Of a stretch of DNA of 61,849 bases, positions 26,399 through 35,351 are shown piece by piece. How positions within the stretch are numbered: the stretch's first letter is position 1; every line of letters begins with the position of its first letter. The stretch comes from Nitrospirota bacterium. GTDB taxonomy: Bacteria; Nitrospirota; Thermodesulfovibrionia; Thermodesulfovibrionales; UBA1546. The stretch spans positions 1 to 61,849 of the forward strand of contig JAPLLK010000036.1 in assembly GCA_026387575.1 (NCBI GenBank), written 5' to 3'. A model generated the notes under the pieces. The model saw only the letters and a program-made list of their open reading frames with translations. It ran no database searches and was not told where the DNA came from. The position numbers were made by a program, and so were the translations under genes.

Positions 26399-27121
26399 AT
26401 GCACATACCTGACGGATATTTAGGACCGATAACATACGGAAGCCTATGGGCAGCCGTTATTCCAATCTGGATTTACGCCTCAAAAAAAATCAAGAAGATA
26501 TTGAAGGCATCTCAGGTTCCTCTGCTTGCCCTGAGCGCTGCGTTCAGTTTTGTTATAATGATGTTTAATGTGCCGCTGCCTGGCGGGACAACAGGCCATG
26601 CAACAGGCGCAACATTGATTGCAATTTTAATCGGGCCATGGCCCGCAGTGATTGCTTTATCAATTACGCTTATTGTTCAGGCTCTTATCTTTGGAGACGG
26701 AGGGATTACAGCCATAGGTGCAAACTGTTTTAATATGGGTTTTGGAGGTGTGCTTGTGGGCTATGGGATATATAAATTAATTTCGGGTTCAAAGTTTAAA
26801 GTTCAAAGTTTAAAGTTCAAAAATTCTGATACAGAAACTCATCGTTCGTCACTCTCCACCCGTCATTTAATAGGAGCCGGAATAGGTGCATACGCAGGGA
26901 TAAACCTTGCGGCATTTCTCACAGCCGTAGAACTCGGGATTCAACCGCTTCTCCATTCAGGCACAGACGGAAGGTCGCTATACAGCCCATTCCCTCTGAG
27001 CATAACCATTCCTGCAATAATGTTAGAGCATATATTTCTTTTTGGAATTGTTGAGGCAGTGCTTACTGTGTCTGTGCTTCTTTACATCAAAAAATCACAT
27101 CCTGAGTTGATAAGAGGGTAA
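26399..27121 (+). CDS. cbiM: ECF-transporter substrate-capture component CbiM/NikM
   Basis: N-terminal MHIPDGYL and the CbiM TM pattern. Contains a repeat-encoded insert of about 25 aa (SGSKFKVQSLKFKNSDTETHRSSLSTRH). Confidence 0.9.
   Translation: MHIPDGYLGPITYGSLWAAVIPIWIYASKKIKKILKASQVPLLALSAAFSFVIMMFNVPLPGGTTGHATGATLIAILIGPWPAVIALSITLIVQALIFGDGGITAIGANCFNMGFGGVLVGYGIYKLISGSKFKVQSLKFKNSDTETHRSSLSTRHLIGAGIGAYAGINLAAFLTAVELGIQPLLHSGTDGRSLYSPFPLSITIPAIMLEHIFLFGIVEAVLTVSVLLYIKKSHPELIRG
26787..26821. repeat. heptanucleotide tandem repeat (GTTCAAA GTTTAAA x2.5; 14-bp super-unit)
   Basis: Read directly: gttcaaa|gtttaaa|gttcaaa|gtttaaa|gttcaaa. Translated as SKFKVQSLKFK inside CbiM. Confidence 0.85.
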
Positions 27122-27123
27122 AC

Positions 27124-27465
27124 ATGAAAATTTCAAATTATAAGAAACTCCGGATAGGAATCGCTATATTGATAATACTGTCACCTGTAGGATTAATTCT
27201 CCCTGAACTTTTAAAGGCAGGCGGTGCATGGGGAGAGTGGGGCGCGGATGAGATTGAAAAGATTGCAGGATATGTCCCACACGGACTTAAAAAACTCTCG
27301 GAACTCTGGAAAGCTCCGATTCCTGATTATGCGTTCTCAGGCTGGGACAAAGGACTTAAGTCATACATGGGCTATATATTTTCAGGGATAATAGGCGCTG
27401 CTCTGGTTATCGGAGTATCAATGCTCATAGGAAAAATTTTTGCGAGGAAAAATGGGAATTCCTGA
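27124..27465 (+). CDS. PDGLE-domain small membrane protein (CbiN/NikN-like accessory component)
   Basis: N-terminal TM, GGAWGEWG...GYVP.GL...W.AP.PDY pattern, and a C-terminal TM. Positioned between cbiM and cbiQ. Confidence 0.7.
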   Translation: MKISNYKKLRIGIAILIILSPVGLILPELLKAGGAWGEWGADEIEKIAGYVPHGLKKLSELWKAPIPDYAFSGWDKGLKSYMGYIFSGIIGAALVIGVSMLIGKIFARKNGNS

Positions 27466-28396
27466 TTGGCTAAAAACAGTAACAAGAGACGAGTTGCGAG
27501 TTGTGAACATAAAAAGAACAAGAGAGAGGTTTCTTGATAAGACGCTGCGGCATGTTGTCTCTTTTGTTGAAGATACAATGTTCAATGAAAGAACCTCTTC
27601 AATAAAGGGGTTTCTGCAGGGGACTGAACCGAGGATAAAGATTATCAGCATCTTCCTGTTCATTGTCCTCTTGAGTTTTCAGAAAACTGTTTCAGGCATT
27701 GTTGTCTTTCTGGTCTTTGCTCTGCTGCTGGCACTTCTGTCGGGTGTGCTGGTTATTCTTCTGAAGAGACTGATGCCTGCTGTTGTCTTTACAATGTTGA
27801 TTGCCCTGCCTGCGGTGCTGAATCTGATAGTTGATGGAGAGCCGCTGCTGATGCTTCATGAATTTGAAAAACCACATACATTTTATCAGATAACAATCCC
27901 TGCTCAAATCTCTATCACAAAGCAGGGGGTTTTAAGCGCACTGACGCTTTTCCTGCGGGCGATAACATCTGTTTCATTGGTTTTTCTGCTTACACTCACT
28001 ACATCGCCAAATAGATTTATCAAGGCTGTCTCTTTCTTTATACCTGGCACATTCAAATCAATAGCCTCCATAAGCTACAGATACATATTCTTCCTGACAA
28101 GAAAAGTTGAAGAGTTCATTATGGGGTTCAGGGCAAGGAATATCTCGTCACTCGTCACTCGTCACTCGTCACTGATTGGACAGAGGTGGGCTGCATCAAG
28201 AATAGGACTTTTGTTTTCAATGAGCATAAGGTTGAGCGCTGAACTTGAAAGGGCAATGGAGGCGAGAGGATATGATTATAATTTTGAAGTTCAAAGTGAA
28301 AGGTTGAAAGTTTCGGATATTTCGAGGTCTGATATCTTATTGATTGTTTTTTCAATAACAATCATAGGGGTGATGCTTTGGAAGTCTTTAATGTAA
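27452..28396 (+). CDS. cbiQ: ECF-transporter transmembrane (T) component CbiQ
   Basis: CbiQ-like TM topology, with conserved ...ARG motifs near the C-terminus (FRARNI, MEARGY). ATG at 27452 preferred over TTG at 27440. Contains two repeat-encoded segments. Confidence 0.8.
   Translation: MGIPDWLKTVTRDELRVVNIKRTRERFLDKTLRHVVSFVEDTMFNERTSSIKGFLQGTEPRIKIISIFLFIVLLSFQKTVSGIVVFLVFALLLALLSGVLVILLKRLMPAVVFTMLIALPAVLNLIVDGEPLLMLHEFEKPHTFYQITIPAQISITKQGVLSALTLFLRAITSVSLVFLLTLTTSPNRFIKAVSFFIPGTFKSIASISYRYIFFLTRKVEEFIMGFRARNISSLVTRHSSLIGQRWAASRIGLLFSMSIRLSAELERAMEARGYDYNFEVQSERLKVSDISRSDILLIVFSITIIGVMLWKSLM
28145..28172. repeat. heptanucleotide tandem repeat TCGTCAC x4 (perfect)
   Basis: Read directly: tcgtcac|tcgtcac|tcgtcac|tcgtcac. 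Translated as SSLVTRHSSL within CbiQ. Confidence 0.9.
28287..28314. repeat. degenerate heptanucleotide repeat (AAGTTCA AAGTGAA AGGTTGA AAGTTTC)
   Basis: Read directly. Translated as FEVQSERLKVS near the CbiQ C-terminus. Same unit family as 38095..38150 and 13910..13944 (sense strand). Confidence 0.7.
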
Positions 28397-29430
28397 AAAA
28401 AATATCATACGCTTATAAAAATGGCAAAAAAGCTGCTGACGAGATTTCATTCAGTGTTAAAAAAGGCGAGAGCCTTACAATAATAGGCACTAACGGCTCC
28501 GGCAAGTCAACACTGCTTTATCTCCTCAACGGCCTTTTGACGCCTGAGTCAGGTGATATTGAAATATTCGGCAGAAATATAAATGGCACTTTTCCGCCTG
28601 AACTCAGACAGCGGATATCTCTTCTGTTTCAAAACCCGCATGCCCAGCTTTTTCTGCTGAGTGTATGGGATGAACTCTGCTTTGGCCCTCTGCAGCTCGG
28701 GCTTGAAAAAAACGAGATACAAAAACGGACAGAGGAACTGCTTGACCTTCTTAATATCAAACACCTAAGAGACAGGGGCCCGTGGGACTTGAGCGGTGGA
28801 GAAATGAGGAAGGTGGCATTCGGCACATGTCTCAGCGTTAATCCTGATGTTCTTCTTCTTGATGAGCCCACAACAGGGCTTGACCCAAGAAGTCAGGTTG
28901 AGTTCGTGGATTTGATAAATGAATTGCGGCACGCAGGGAAAACAATAGTCACGGCAACGCATGACCTTGGTATAATTGAAGATATATCCGACAGGACAGT
29001 GGTCATCGGAGAAGACCACAGGCTGCTGACGGAGGGGAATCCATGGGATGTTATGGAGGATACGGATATGCTTCTCAGGGCAAACCTTATTCACAGGCAT
29101 GTCCACAGGCACTGCTGGTATGTCCATGAGCACAGCCATTTCGGGACGCATGGACACGAACATATACAAGTGGAAAATAAACAGCCGCAAGTTGAAAGTC
29201 AGGCTATTAAGGAGGTAATCATCGAGATGACAGAACTGGATAAATTGAAAAAACTTCTTGAACACTGGTCAGAGCACAATGAAGAACATGCAAAGACATA
29301 TCTTGAGTGGGCGGAGAAGGCAGCAGCCTCATGTGATAACGAATTATCCTCTATACTTAAAGAGATTGCTGAAAATACAAAGAAGATGGATGGGTTGTTT
29401 GAAAAGGCAAAGAAGGCTGTTAGGAAATGA
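28378..29430 (+). CDS. cbiO: ECF-transporter ATPase CbiO/NikO with a His-rich, helical C-terminal extension
   Basis: Walker A GTNGSGKSTLL, signature LSGGEMRKVA, Walker B LLLDEPTTGLD. The tail is HRHVHRHCWYVHEHSHFGTHGHEH followed by a predicted helical segment of about 85 aa. TTG start. Confidence 0.88.
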   Translation: MEVFNVKKISYAYKNGKKAADEISFSVKKGESLTIIGTNGSGKSTLLYLLNGLLTPESGDIEIFGRNINGTFPPELRQRISLLFQNPHAQLFLLSVWDELCFGPLQLGLEKNEIQKRTEELLDLLNIKHLRDRGPWDLSGGEMRKVAFGTCLSVNPDVLLLDEPTTGLDPRSQVEFVDLINELRHAGKTIVTATHDLGIIEDISDRTVVIGEDHRLLTEGNPWDVMEDTDMLLRANLIHRHVHRHCWYVHEHSHFGTHGHEHIQVENKQPQVESQAIKEVIIEMTELDKLKKLLEHWSEHNEEHAKTYLEWAEKAAASCDNELSSILKEIAENTKKMDGLFEKAKKAVRK

Positions 29431-29984
29431 AATATAAACTTCCGGATGGGTTTGAAAACAAAGAAGATGCGGTGGAGGCATTGCTTAAAAAAGAGATTGA
29501 TGCCGCTGAATCAGAACTGTCTGCAGTGAGGCAGGATATAGAAAAATTCCTTCTTGAGAAAAAAGGTTATGCTGCACCCGAGATAGAAAAAGACAGTGAG
29601 TTTGAAGTTTTAATTGGGAATGAAAGATGCAAATCAAGAGCAGACATTGTCATAAGCATTGATGGCAAAAGACTTATATTAATAAAATGTTCGGTTGGCG
29701 CGCTGGTTTCAAGGGAAAGGCAGGCAGTCGCATGTGCGCGCGTGCTTGACTCTTACCAAATACCTTTTGCCGTTGTAACAGACGGAGCAGATGCGATAGC
29801 ACTTGATACATTAACAGGCAAGGTAATTAGCGAAGGCATGGAAGCTATTCCTTCAAAAAATGAACTGACCGAACTCATTCGCAAGATTGAATTAAAAAAA
29901 CTTCCTCCTGAAAGGGCAGAGAAAGAGAAAAGGATACTCCTTGCTTTCGATTCGATTAAATGCACGATAACTTACGGGGAATAG
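29427..29984 (+). CDS. HsdR-N-terminal-like (PD-(D/E)xK fold) domain protein
   Basis: 185 aa. The layout ...E..VR....FLLEKKGY....IEKD.EFEVLIG......ADIVISIDGKRLILIKC... resembles stand-alone type I restriction enzyme R N-terminal domain proteins. ATGA overlap with the cbiO stop. Confidence 0.5.
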   Translation: MKYKLPDGFENKEDAVEALLKKEIDAAESELSAVRQDIEKFLLEKKGYAAPEIEKDSEFEVLIGNERCKSRADIVISIDGKRLILIKCSVGALVSRERQAVACARVLDSYQIPFAVVTDGADAIALDTLTGKVISEGMEAIPSKNELTELIRKIELKKLPPERAEKEKRILLAFDSIKCTITYGE

Positions 29985-30167
29985 TCAAAACAAATCCTTC
30001 TGTTTTTCGCCGGAGGTTTTGATTGTATTTCTTTCATATCTCTCTGCAATCCTGAAGAGTTTCTCCGTAAATGCCAACTCATCAATAAGCCCAAGCCTGA
30101 AGTCAGTTATAACAAGATAAAATGCCTCAAGAAGCTCTTCATTTAGAGCTCTGTTTGTTTCAGCCAT
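29985..30167 (-). CDS. small hypothetical protein (60 aa)
   Basis: ORF only, with no recognisable motif. Fills the gap between convergent and tandem neighbours. Confidence 0.3.
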   Translation of the reverse strand: MAETNRALNEELLEAFYLVITDFRLGLIDELAFTEKLFRIAERYERNTIKTSGEKQKDLF

Positions 30168-30182
30168 AAATATTTTTTTACC

Positions 30183-31115
30183 TTACGGTGTCTTTGATGC
30201 AAAAAGCCCTGTGCTCAGATAACGCTCTCCCCTGTCAGGCAATATAACAACAACCTTTTTCCCTTTCCCTAATTTTTTGGCAATTCTTAATGCAGCCCAC
30301 ATTGCCGCTCCTGATGATATTCCGCAGAGAAGCCCTTCTTTAAGTGATAACTTCCTTGCTGTCTCAGCAGCATCCGAATCTGTTACAGGGATAACTTCGT
30401 TATATATCTTTGTGTTCAATACTCCGGGGAAAAAACCTGCCCCGATTCCTGCAATCTTGTGTGGCCCGGGGTTTCCTCCTGAAAGAACAGGTGAGGCTGC
30501 AGGCTCTACTGCGGCTATCCATATGTCAGGGTTTTTACCTCTTAGCGCCTCGCCAATGCCTGTTATTGTGCCGCCTGTGCCGACACCTGCGACAAAACCG
30601 CCAGGCACAGCGCCGAGCGCATCAAGTATCTCAATTGCAGTTGTCTTCCTGTGTATCTCAGGGTTTGCAGGGTTTTCAAACTGCTGCGGCATAAAATAAC
30701 CTCTGCTTACCCTATAAATCTCCTCTGCCTTTTCAACAGCTCCCATCATCCCTTTCTTGCCTTCTGTCAAAACAAGCTCTGCGCCATAAGCCTGAAGCAG
30801 ATGTCTTCTTTCCATTGACATTGTCTCAGGCATCGTAAGTATTAGTTTATATCCCTTCACTGCCGCTATCATTGCAAGCCCTATTCCGGTATTGCCGCTT
30901 GTAGGCTCTATGATTGTGCCTCCGGCTTTAAGCATTCCGCTCTTCTCAGCCGACTCTATCATTGAAAGGGCAATTCTGTCTTTCACAGAGCCGCCTATGT
31001 TGCAGCCCTCAAGTTTTGCCCAAACCTCAGCGTCATCTGCTTGGCATAAGCGCTTAATCTTTACCAGAGGCGTATTGCCAATCAAAGTCAGGATATCCTT
31101 ATTCAGTTTAATCAT
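30183..31115 (-). CDS. cysK: cysteine synthase A (O-acetylserine sulfhydrylase)
   Basis: LIGNTPLV, GGSVKDRIA (PLP lysine), SGNTGIGLA, GTGGTITG. ATG at 31115 with GGAG 11 nt upstream is preferred over the TTG at 31154, which would overlap the upstream gene. Confidence 0.9.
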   Translation of the reverse strand: MIKLNKDILTLIGNTPLVKIKRLCQADDAEVWAKLEGCNIGGSVKDRIALSMIESAEKSGMLKAGGTIIEPTSGNTGIGLAMIAAVKGYKLILTMPETMSMERRHLLQAYGAELVLTEGKKGMMGAVEKAEEIYRVSRGYFMPQQFENPANPEIHRKTTAIEILDALGAVPGGFVAGVGTGGTITGIGEALRGKNPDIWIAAVEPAASPVLSGGNPGPHKIAGIGAGFFPGVLNTKIYNEVIPVTDSDAAETARKLSLKEGLLCGISSGAAMWAALRIAKKLGKGKKVVVILPDRGERYLSTGLFASKTP

Positions 31116-31143
31116 TGATATTGATACTCCATTCCTTTCTTCC

Positions 31144-33000
31144 TCAATTTTCAACCCCTAAAAGCTCTCTTCCTTCTCTTATCTGTTCAAGCAAAGCGGC
31201 ATCAATGCCTTTATCATCAAAGTATCCCTTTTCTATGGTCTCGATGTAAAACCTGTCAAGCCCGCTGTTTTTGAGAAAGTCTTCTCTTAGGTTTATATCC
31301 TTCTTCTCTATGATTATAGGCAGGAGATGATTTAGATAGAATGATTCTTTTCTGAGGTCTAAGAGTGTCTTTTCAAATAATTTATGCGGCACTTTTCTTG
31401 CAAAGCCTTCTTCAGCAAGTTCCCTTTCTATGTCCTCTCTTATCTCAGCCCTGCCCTCCTTGGTATTGAGTCTGGGATAGAAGCTCCGCATCCTTTCTTT
31501 GAGCGCTGAATGGACCTGATGATAAAGCCTCTCTTCGTCCCTAATCATCCTGAGTTCGGCAACAACATCCCTCAGCGACGCATCTCCGTCGGAAATTTTT
31601 GCCATTCCCTTCAGTATCGCATTAATCTTACGCCTGCCATAGGATGTTATATATTTGTTTTGAAGAAGTTCTTTTATAACCACACCATCAAAGAGCGCCT
31701 TATCCAGTTTATCAAATTCATGCTTATTGCCGATAAGGCTTCTGAGAGAGTCCTCTGCAAAATCCATATTTTCCATAAAGGCTATCTGGCTAAGCAATGC
31801 ATGGACATTATCGTATCTGTCAAAGTATGTAAGTATAGCGCTGAACTCTTCAAAGATGCTGAAATCGTTCGTCTCGCGTGCAATCTCATCGCATGCTCTG
31901 CCTACATCAAGAAGTACCTGTTCAAAGCCCATGTCGCTCTGAGAATATGCCTTATGTTTTGCCTTTATCAGCCGCACTATGTCTTCATTTATTATGTGTT
32001 TTTTGAGCGAGGGGTCTTTAAAGAACAGGGTTTCAAGTATAGACCTTGCTTCTTTCAGATAATCAGATTCTTTCATGTCCTGCAGTTTCTTGCCTCCGAG
32101 CAGGAGTTCGTCGAGAGTATCAAAAAGCACGCTCGGTATATTATTCCTAATACTGAGCGTCCTCAGCCTTCCCAGCCTCGCAATCTCTGCCTGTTCAAGA
32201 CTTTCTTTGGAGATGCTGCTCAGGAGAATGTCCCTGTATTCGTCAACAACGCACCTGTTTTCAGAATGCTTGTACATTATGTCAACCTTCATCCTCTCCT
32301 GCTGATAACTGTCTATCCCGTATCTTGCAACTATGCCTTCAAGAAAGAGTTCTTCCTGAGGCGTCAGCACTCTTTCTCTGGAGTAGAAATTTTCAAATGC
32401 CTTGTAGAATTCCTCATTTTCCTTGTGGATTATCTTAAACATGAATAAAGTTGATTTTTGTTCCCCGAGTTCATTTATGAAATCATTCGCCAGCTCAGTA
32501 TCCTTATCGCTGCCGACAAATTCTGTCCTTTTTAAAAACTTGCCGGCAGACCTCAATATCTGTTCCTGCCTCTTTTTTTGTTCTGTCCTGTGGTCTGAAG
32601 ATATAAAAAAATAGTAGTTCTTCACTGCATGGCCCTGCAGAAAAAGCCTGTAAAAAGATTCGTTTCCCTCAGTATCGCTTGTGAATACAATCTTTTCGCT
32701 TTCATCTAGGAATGCTCCGAACATAATCAGCCTGTTTGAAACCTCTCCCTTTATCATGTCCTTGAGTGCTTTTTCAACGCCGAACATATATTCGCAGAAA
32801 CTTCCGCCAGTGCCTTTGTAGCGCACCCCTTCATTGGAGATTGTGAATTCGTTGCCTTTTGAGAAGAATCTTATGTGCAAAGCTGTTTCTTCGTAGAAGT
32901 ATGTGCTTTCAACGCTCGTTCCACTGACAAATGCGAAAAATTCAACAGGTCCGAGGTCCCCGTGAAGCCTGAGGTCTTTAATCATACTGAAATATACCAC
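31144..33000 (-). CDS. large conserved-looking hypothetical cytoplasmic protein (618 aa), function unknown
   Basis: Long uninterrupted ORF with protein-like composition. No Walker, metal-binding or catalytic motif was recognised. No TM or signal peptide. Confidence 0.7.
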   Translation of the reverse strand: MVYFSMIKDLRLHGDLGPVEFFAFVSGTSVESTYFYEETALHIRFFSKGNEFTISNEGVRYKGTGGSFCEYMFGVEKALKDMIKGEVSNRLIMFGAFLDESEKIVFTSDTEGNESFYRLFLQGHAVKNYYFFISSDHRTEQKKRQEQILRSAGKFLKRTEFVGSDKDTELANDFINELGEQKSTLFMFKIIHKENEEFYKAFENFYSRERVLTPQEELFLEGIVARYGIDSYQQERMKVDIMYKHSENRCVVDEYRDILLSSISKESLEQAEIARLGRLRTLSIRNNIPSVLFDTLDELLLGGKKLQDMKESDYLKEARSILETLFFKDPSLKKHIINEDIVRLIKAKHKAYSQSDMGFEQVLLDVGRACDEIARETNDFSIFEEFSAILTYFDRYDNVHALLSQIAFMENMDFAEDSLRSLIGNKHEFDKLDKALFDGVVIKELLQNKYITSYGRRKINAILKGMAKISDGDASLRDVVAELRMIRDEERLYHQVHSALKERMRSFYPRLNTKEGRAEIREDIERELAEEGFARKVPHKLFEKTLLDLRKESFYLNHLLPIIIEKKDINLREDFLKNSGLDRFYIETIEKGYFDDKGIDAALLEQIREGRELLGVEN

Positions 33001-33075
33001 ATGCCCCTTGAAATATTCTATTGCTGCTACCTTCCTTTATTGCCGAAAATGGCCGCATTTGGTTATGATAGTTTT

Positions 33076-34995
33076 ATGAAGAAAAGCTTTCTGTTTATAG
33101 CTGTATTCCTTGTTATTTTCAGTACTGCATCCGGTGAAGATACAGACGGGAAGTCTTTTTTTATAAAGGGCAAAAGCGAATTAGATGCAGGCAGATATGC
33201 CGAGGCAATTGAGAGCCTCTCCGAGGCATACAAAAGACTTCCTGTTGTCAGGGATTACATACTTTTTTATCTGTCAAGGGCGTACAGCGAATCAGGGAAT
33301 AGCAGCGAGTCTAATTTAAGAATAAAAGAGCTTTTGGAAGATTATCCGTTATCCCCATTGCGTAAAAGGGCGCGGGGGCTGGGAATCAAAAATCTTATTG
33401 CATCAGGCGCAATATTTTATGATGCGGAAATTCTTGAGGCTTATGTCAGGGATTATCCTGAAGACCATGATATAAAATTTCTGTTTGCACAGCATCTCAA
33501 GGATAAAGGGGAAACAGAAAGAGCAAAGGCAATTTTTAAAAATATCTATCTCGGCAGCGATGGGATGTTCTCAAAAATATCATACAATGAACTGACAGCC
33601 TCTGATATTACCCTGCAGGACATTATTGAAAAGGCGGCTAATCTAACAAGTGCATTGGAGTTTAAAAAAGCAGAATCCGCATTGAGAGAGGCGCTAGCAA
33701 AAGACGACGGGCAGCGAAGGATTGAAATCATTAAAAAGCTTGGTCATGTGTTATTCAAGCAAAAGCGCTATAGAGAGTCAGCAGATGCGTATGAAAAAGC
33801 AGGAGATCATTATCTGAAGGCAAAGGCGCTTTACAGGGCAGGAGACAAAATCGGATTTGACAGAGTTCTGAAGAAACTGTCTTTAATGGATGACAAAAGG
33901 ACAGGATCGCTTTTGATGTTGGCGGCATGGGACAAAAGAAGAAACGGCGAAATTGATGAAGCACTGAATTTATATCAAACAATAAAGGAGAAATATACGC
34001 CCGAGGCTGAAAACGCTCAATGGGGCATCGCATGGACATATTACCGCGCTGGCAGCTACCAGAAAGCCCTTGATGCCTTCATAGAGCTTTATGACAGCTA
34101 TGGCAGCTCAAAATACCTCTATTGGAAGGCTCAGTCTCTTGAAAGGACAGGCAGGAATGCAGACCATATCTACAGGCAGCTTGCAGTTAAAACACAGGAT
34201 TTTTACAGCATTCTTCTGCAGATAAAAAAAAGTCATGGGACTGAGGACCCTCCATCCCTTGTCTCCTCGGGCGACTCGCCGAGGAGAGAACCCTCTGGAT
34301 ATAAGCCTTTCAATTCCGAGAGGATTGAAATACTTCTTGAAGCCGGCATTATAAAAGAGGCTGCGGCAGAGCTGTCTGCTATAGCCAGAAAGACTACGAA
34401 TCCTGACGAACTCATATCTGTTTCCCTCAAATTGCAGGAATGCGGGGAATACAGGGAGGCATTGACTCTGCTCTCACGGCTGCCGTCCAGAGAGGCTGTG
34501 CACAATATTTTGTATCCTCTTGCCCACTGGCATATTGTAAGAGATGTATCGGACAAATATGGCATTGACCCATTTATCATTCTTTCAATCATGAGAGAGG
34601 AGAGCCGTTTTGACACGCAGGCACGCTCACAGGCAGGCGCTCTCGGGCTCATGCAGCTGATGCCTCAGACAGCCTATGCAATAGACAAAAAGGTAAATCT
34701 GAACATAAAATCGCATGATCATATATTTGACATAAAGGCAAACATAAATCTCGGCTCATATTACATAACCTCACTGTTAAAAGAGTTCGGCTCACTGCCC
34801 CCAGCTATCGCAGCTTATAACGCAGGAGAGGACATTGTGAGGAAATGGCAGAAGGCAGGCAACTATAAATCACTTGACGAATTCATCGAGGACATTCCTT
34901 ACGAGGAGACTAAGAACTATACCAAGCGCGTTATTACAACTTATTTTGAGTATCATAAATATGCCGGCGAAAAAGGTGTTCCAGAAATTCCTTGA
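33076..34995 (+). CDS. slt: soluble lytic murein transglycosylase (Slt70-like; TPR/superhelical domain plus SLT catalytic domain)
   Basis: ATG at 33076 gives the signal peptide MKKSFLFIAVFLVIFSTASG. Catalytic block ESRFDTQARSQAGALGLMQLMPQTA ... AAYNAG. Confidence 0.85.
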   Translation: MKKSFLFIAVFLVIFSTASGEDTDGKSFFIKGKSELDAGRYAEAIESLSEAYKRLPVVRDYILFYLSRAYSESGNSSESNLRIKELLEDYPLSPLRKRARGLGIKNLIASGAIFYDAEILEAYVRDYPEDHDIKFLFAQHLKDKGETERAKAIFKNIYLGSDGMFSKISYNELTASDITLQDIIEKAANLTSALEFKKAESALREALAKDDGQRRIEIIKKLGHVLFKQKRYRESADAYEKAGDHYLKAKALYRAGDKIGFDRVLKKLSLMDDKRTGSLLMLAAWDKRRNGEIDEALNLYQTIKEKYTPEAENAQWGIAWTYYRAGSYQKALDAFIELYDSYGSSKYLYWKAQSLERTGRNADHIYRQLAVKTQDFYSILLQIKKSHGTEDPPSLVSSGDSPRREPSGYKPFNSERIEILLEAGIIKEAAAELSAIARKTTNPDELISVSLKLQECGEYREALTLLSRLPSREAVHNILYPLAHWHIVRDVSDKYGIDPFIILSIMREESRFDTQARSQAGALGLMQLMPQTAYAIDKKVNLNIKSHDHIFDIKANINLGSYYITSLLKEFGSLPPAIAAYNAGEDIVRKWQKAGNYKSLDEFIEDIPYEETKNYTKRVITTYFEYHKYAGEKGVPEIP

Positions 34996-35038
34996 TAATA
35001 CTTGCAATACACCATAGCGTCTTGGTATCTTAAACATC

Positions 35039-35350
35039 ATGAAACAAAACGGGACTCTGTTTGATGATGCTCCGCTGGTAAAAAAAAGCTGCGGAAAGGG
35101 AATCAGCAATAAAAAGGAGGTTACGCCATTGGACAGGCTGAAAAATCTTGAAGACAAGATAATAGGTGCAATAGAGAAAGTGAAAACACTGAAGGAAGAA
35201 AAAGCGGCCCTTGAACTCAGAATAAAAGAACTTGAGGCAAAGCTCTATGATAAAGACCATGAGATAGAAAAACTGCAGACGGAAAAGACCGCCATAAAGA
35301 GTCAGGTTGAAGGCCTGCTGAATGAACTCGACACCTTAGAGGTCGTGTAG
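35039..35350 (+). CDS. coiled-coil protein, ZapB-like cell-division factor (tentative)
   Basis: LDRLKNLEDKIIGAIEKVKTLKEEKAALELRIKELEAKL... heptad-rich sequence immediately upstream of zapA. Confidence 0.5.
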   Translation: MKQNGTLFDDAPLVKKSCGKGISNKKEVTPLDRLKNLEDKIIGAIEKVKTLKEEKAALELRIKELEAKLYDKDHEIEKLQTEKTAIKSQVEGLLNELDTLEVV

Positions 35351-35351
35351 C

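Noticed and set aside
26787-28314. Short tandem repeats in cbiM and cbiQ considered as a degenerate CRISPR array.
   Set aside because: The units are 7 nt with no spacers, they lie inside conserved genes, and no cas genes are present.
32875-33075. N-terminal extension of the lytic transglycosylase ORF.
   Set aside because: It would overlap the divergent 618-aa gene by 126 nt. The ATG at 33076 yields a canonical signal peptide.
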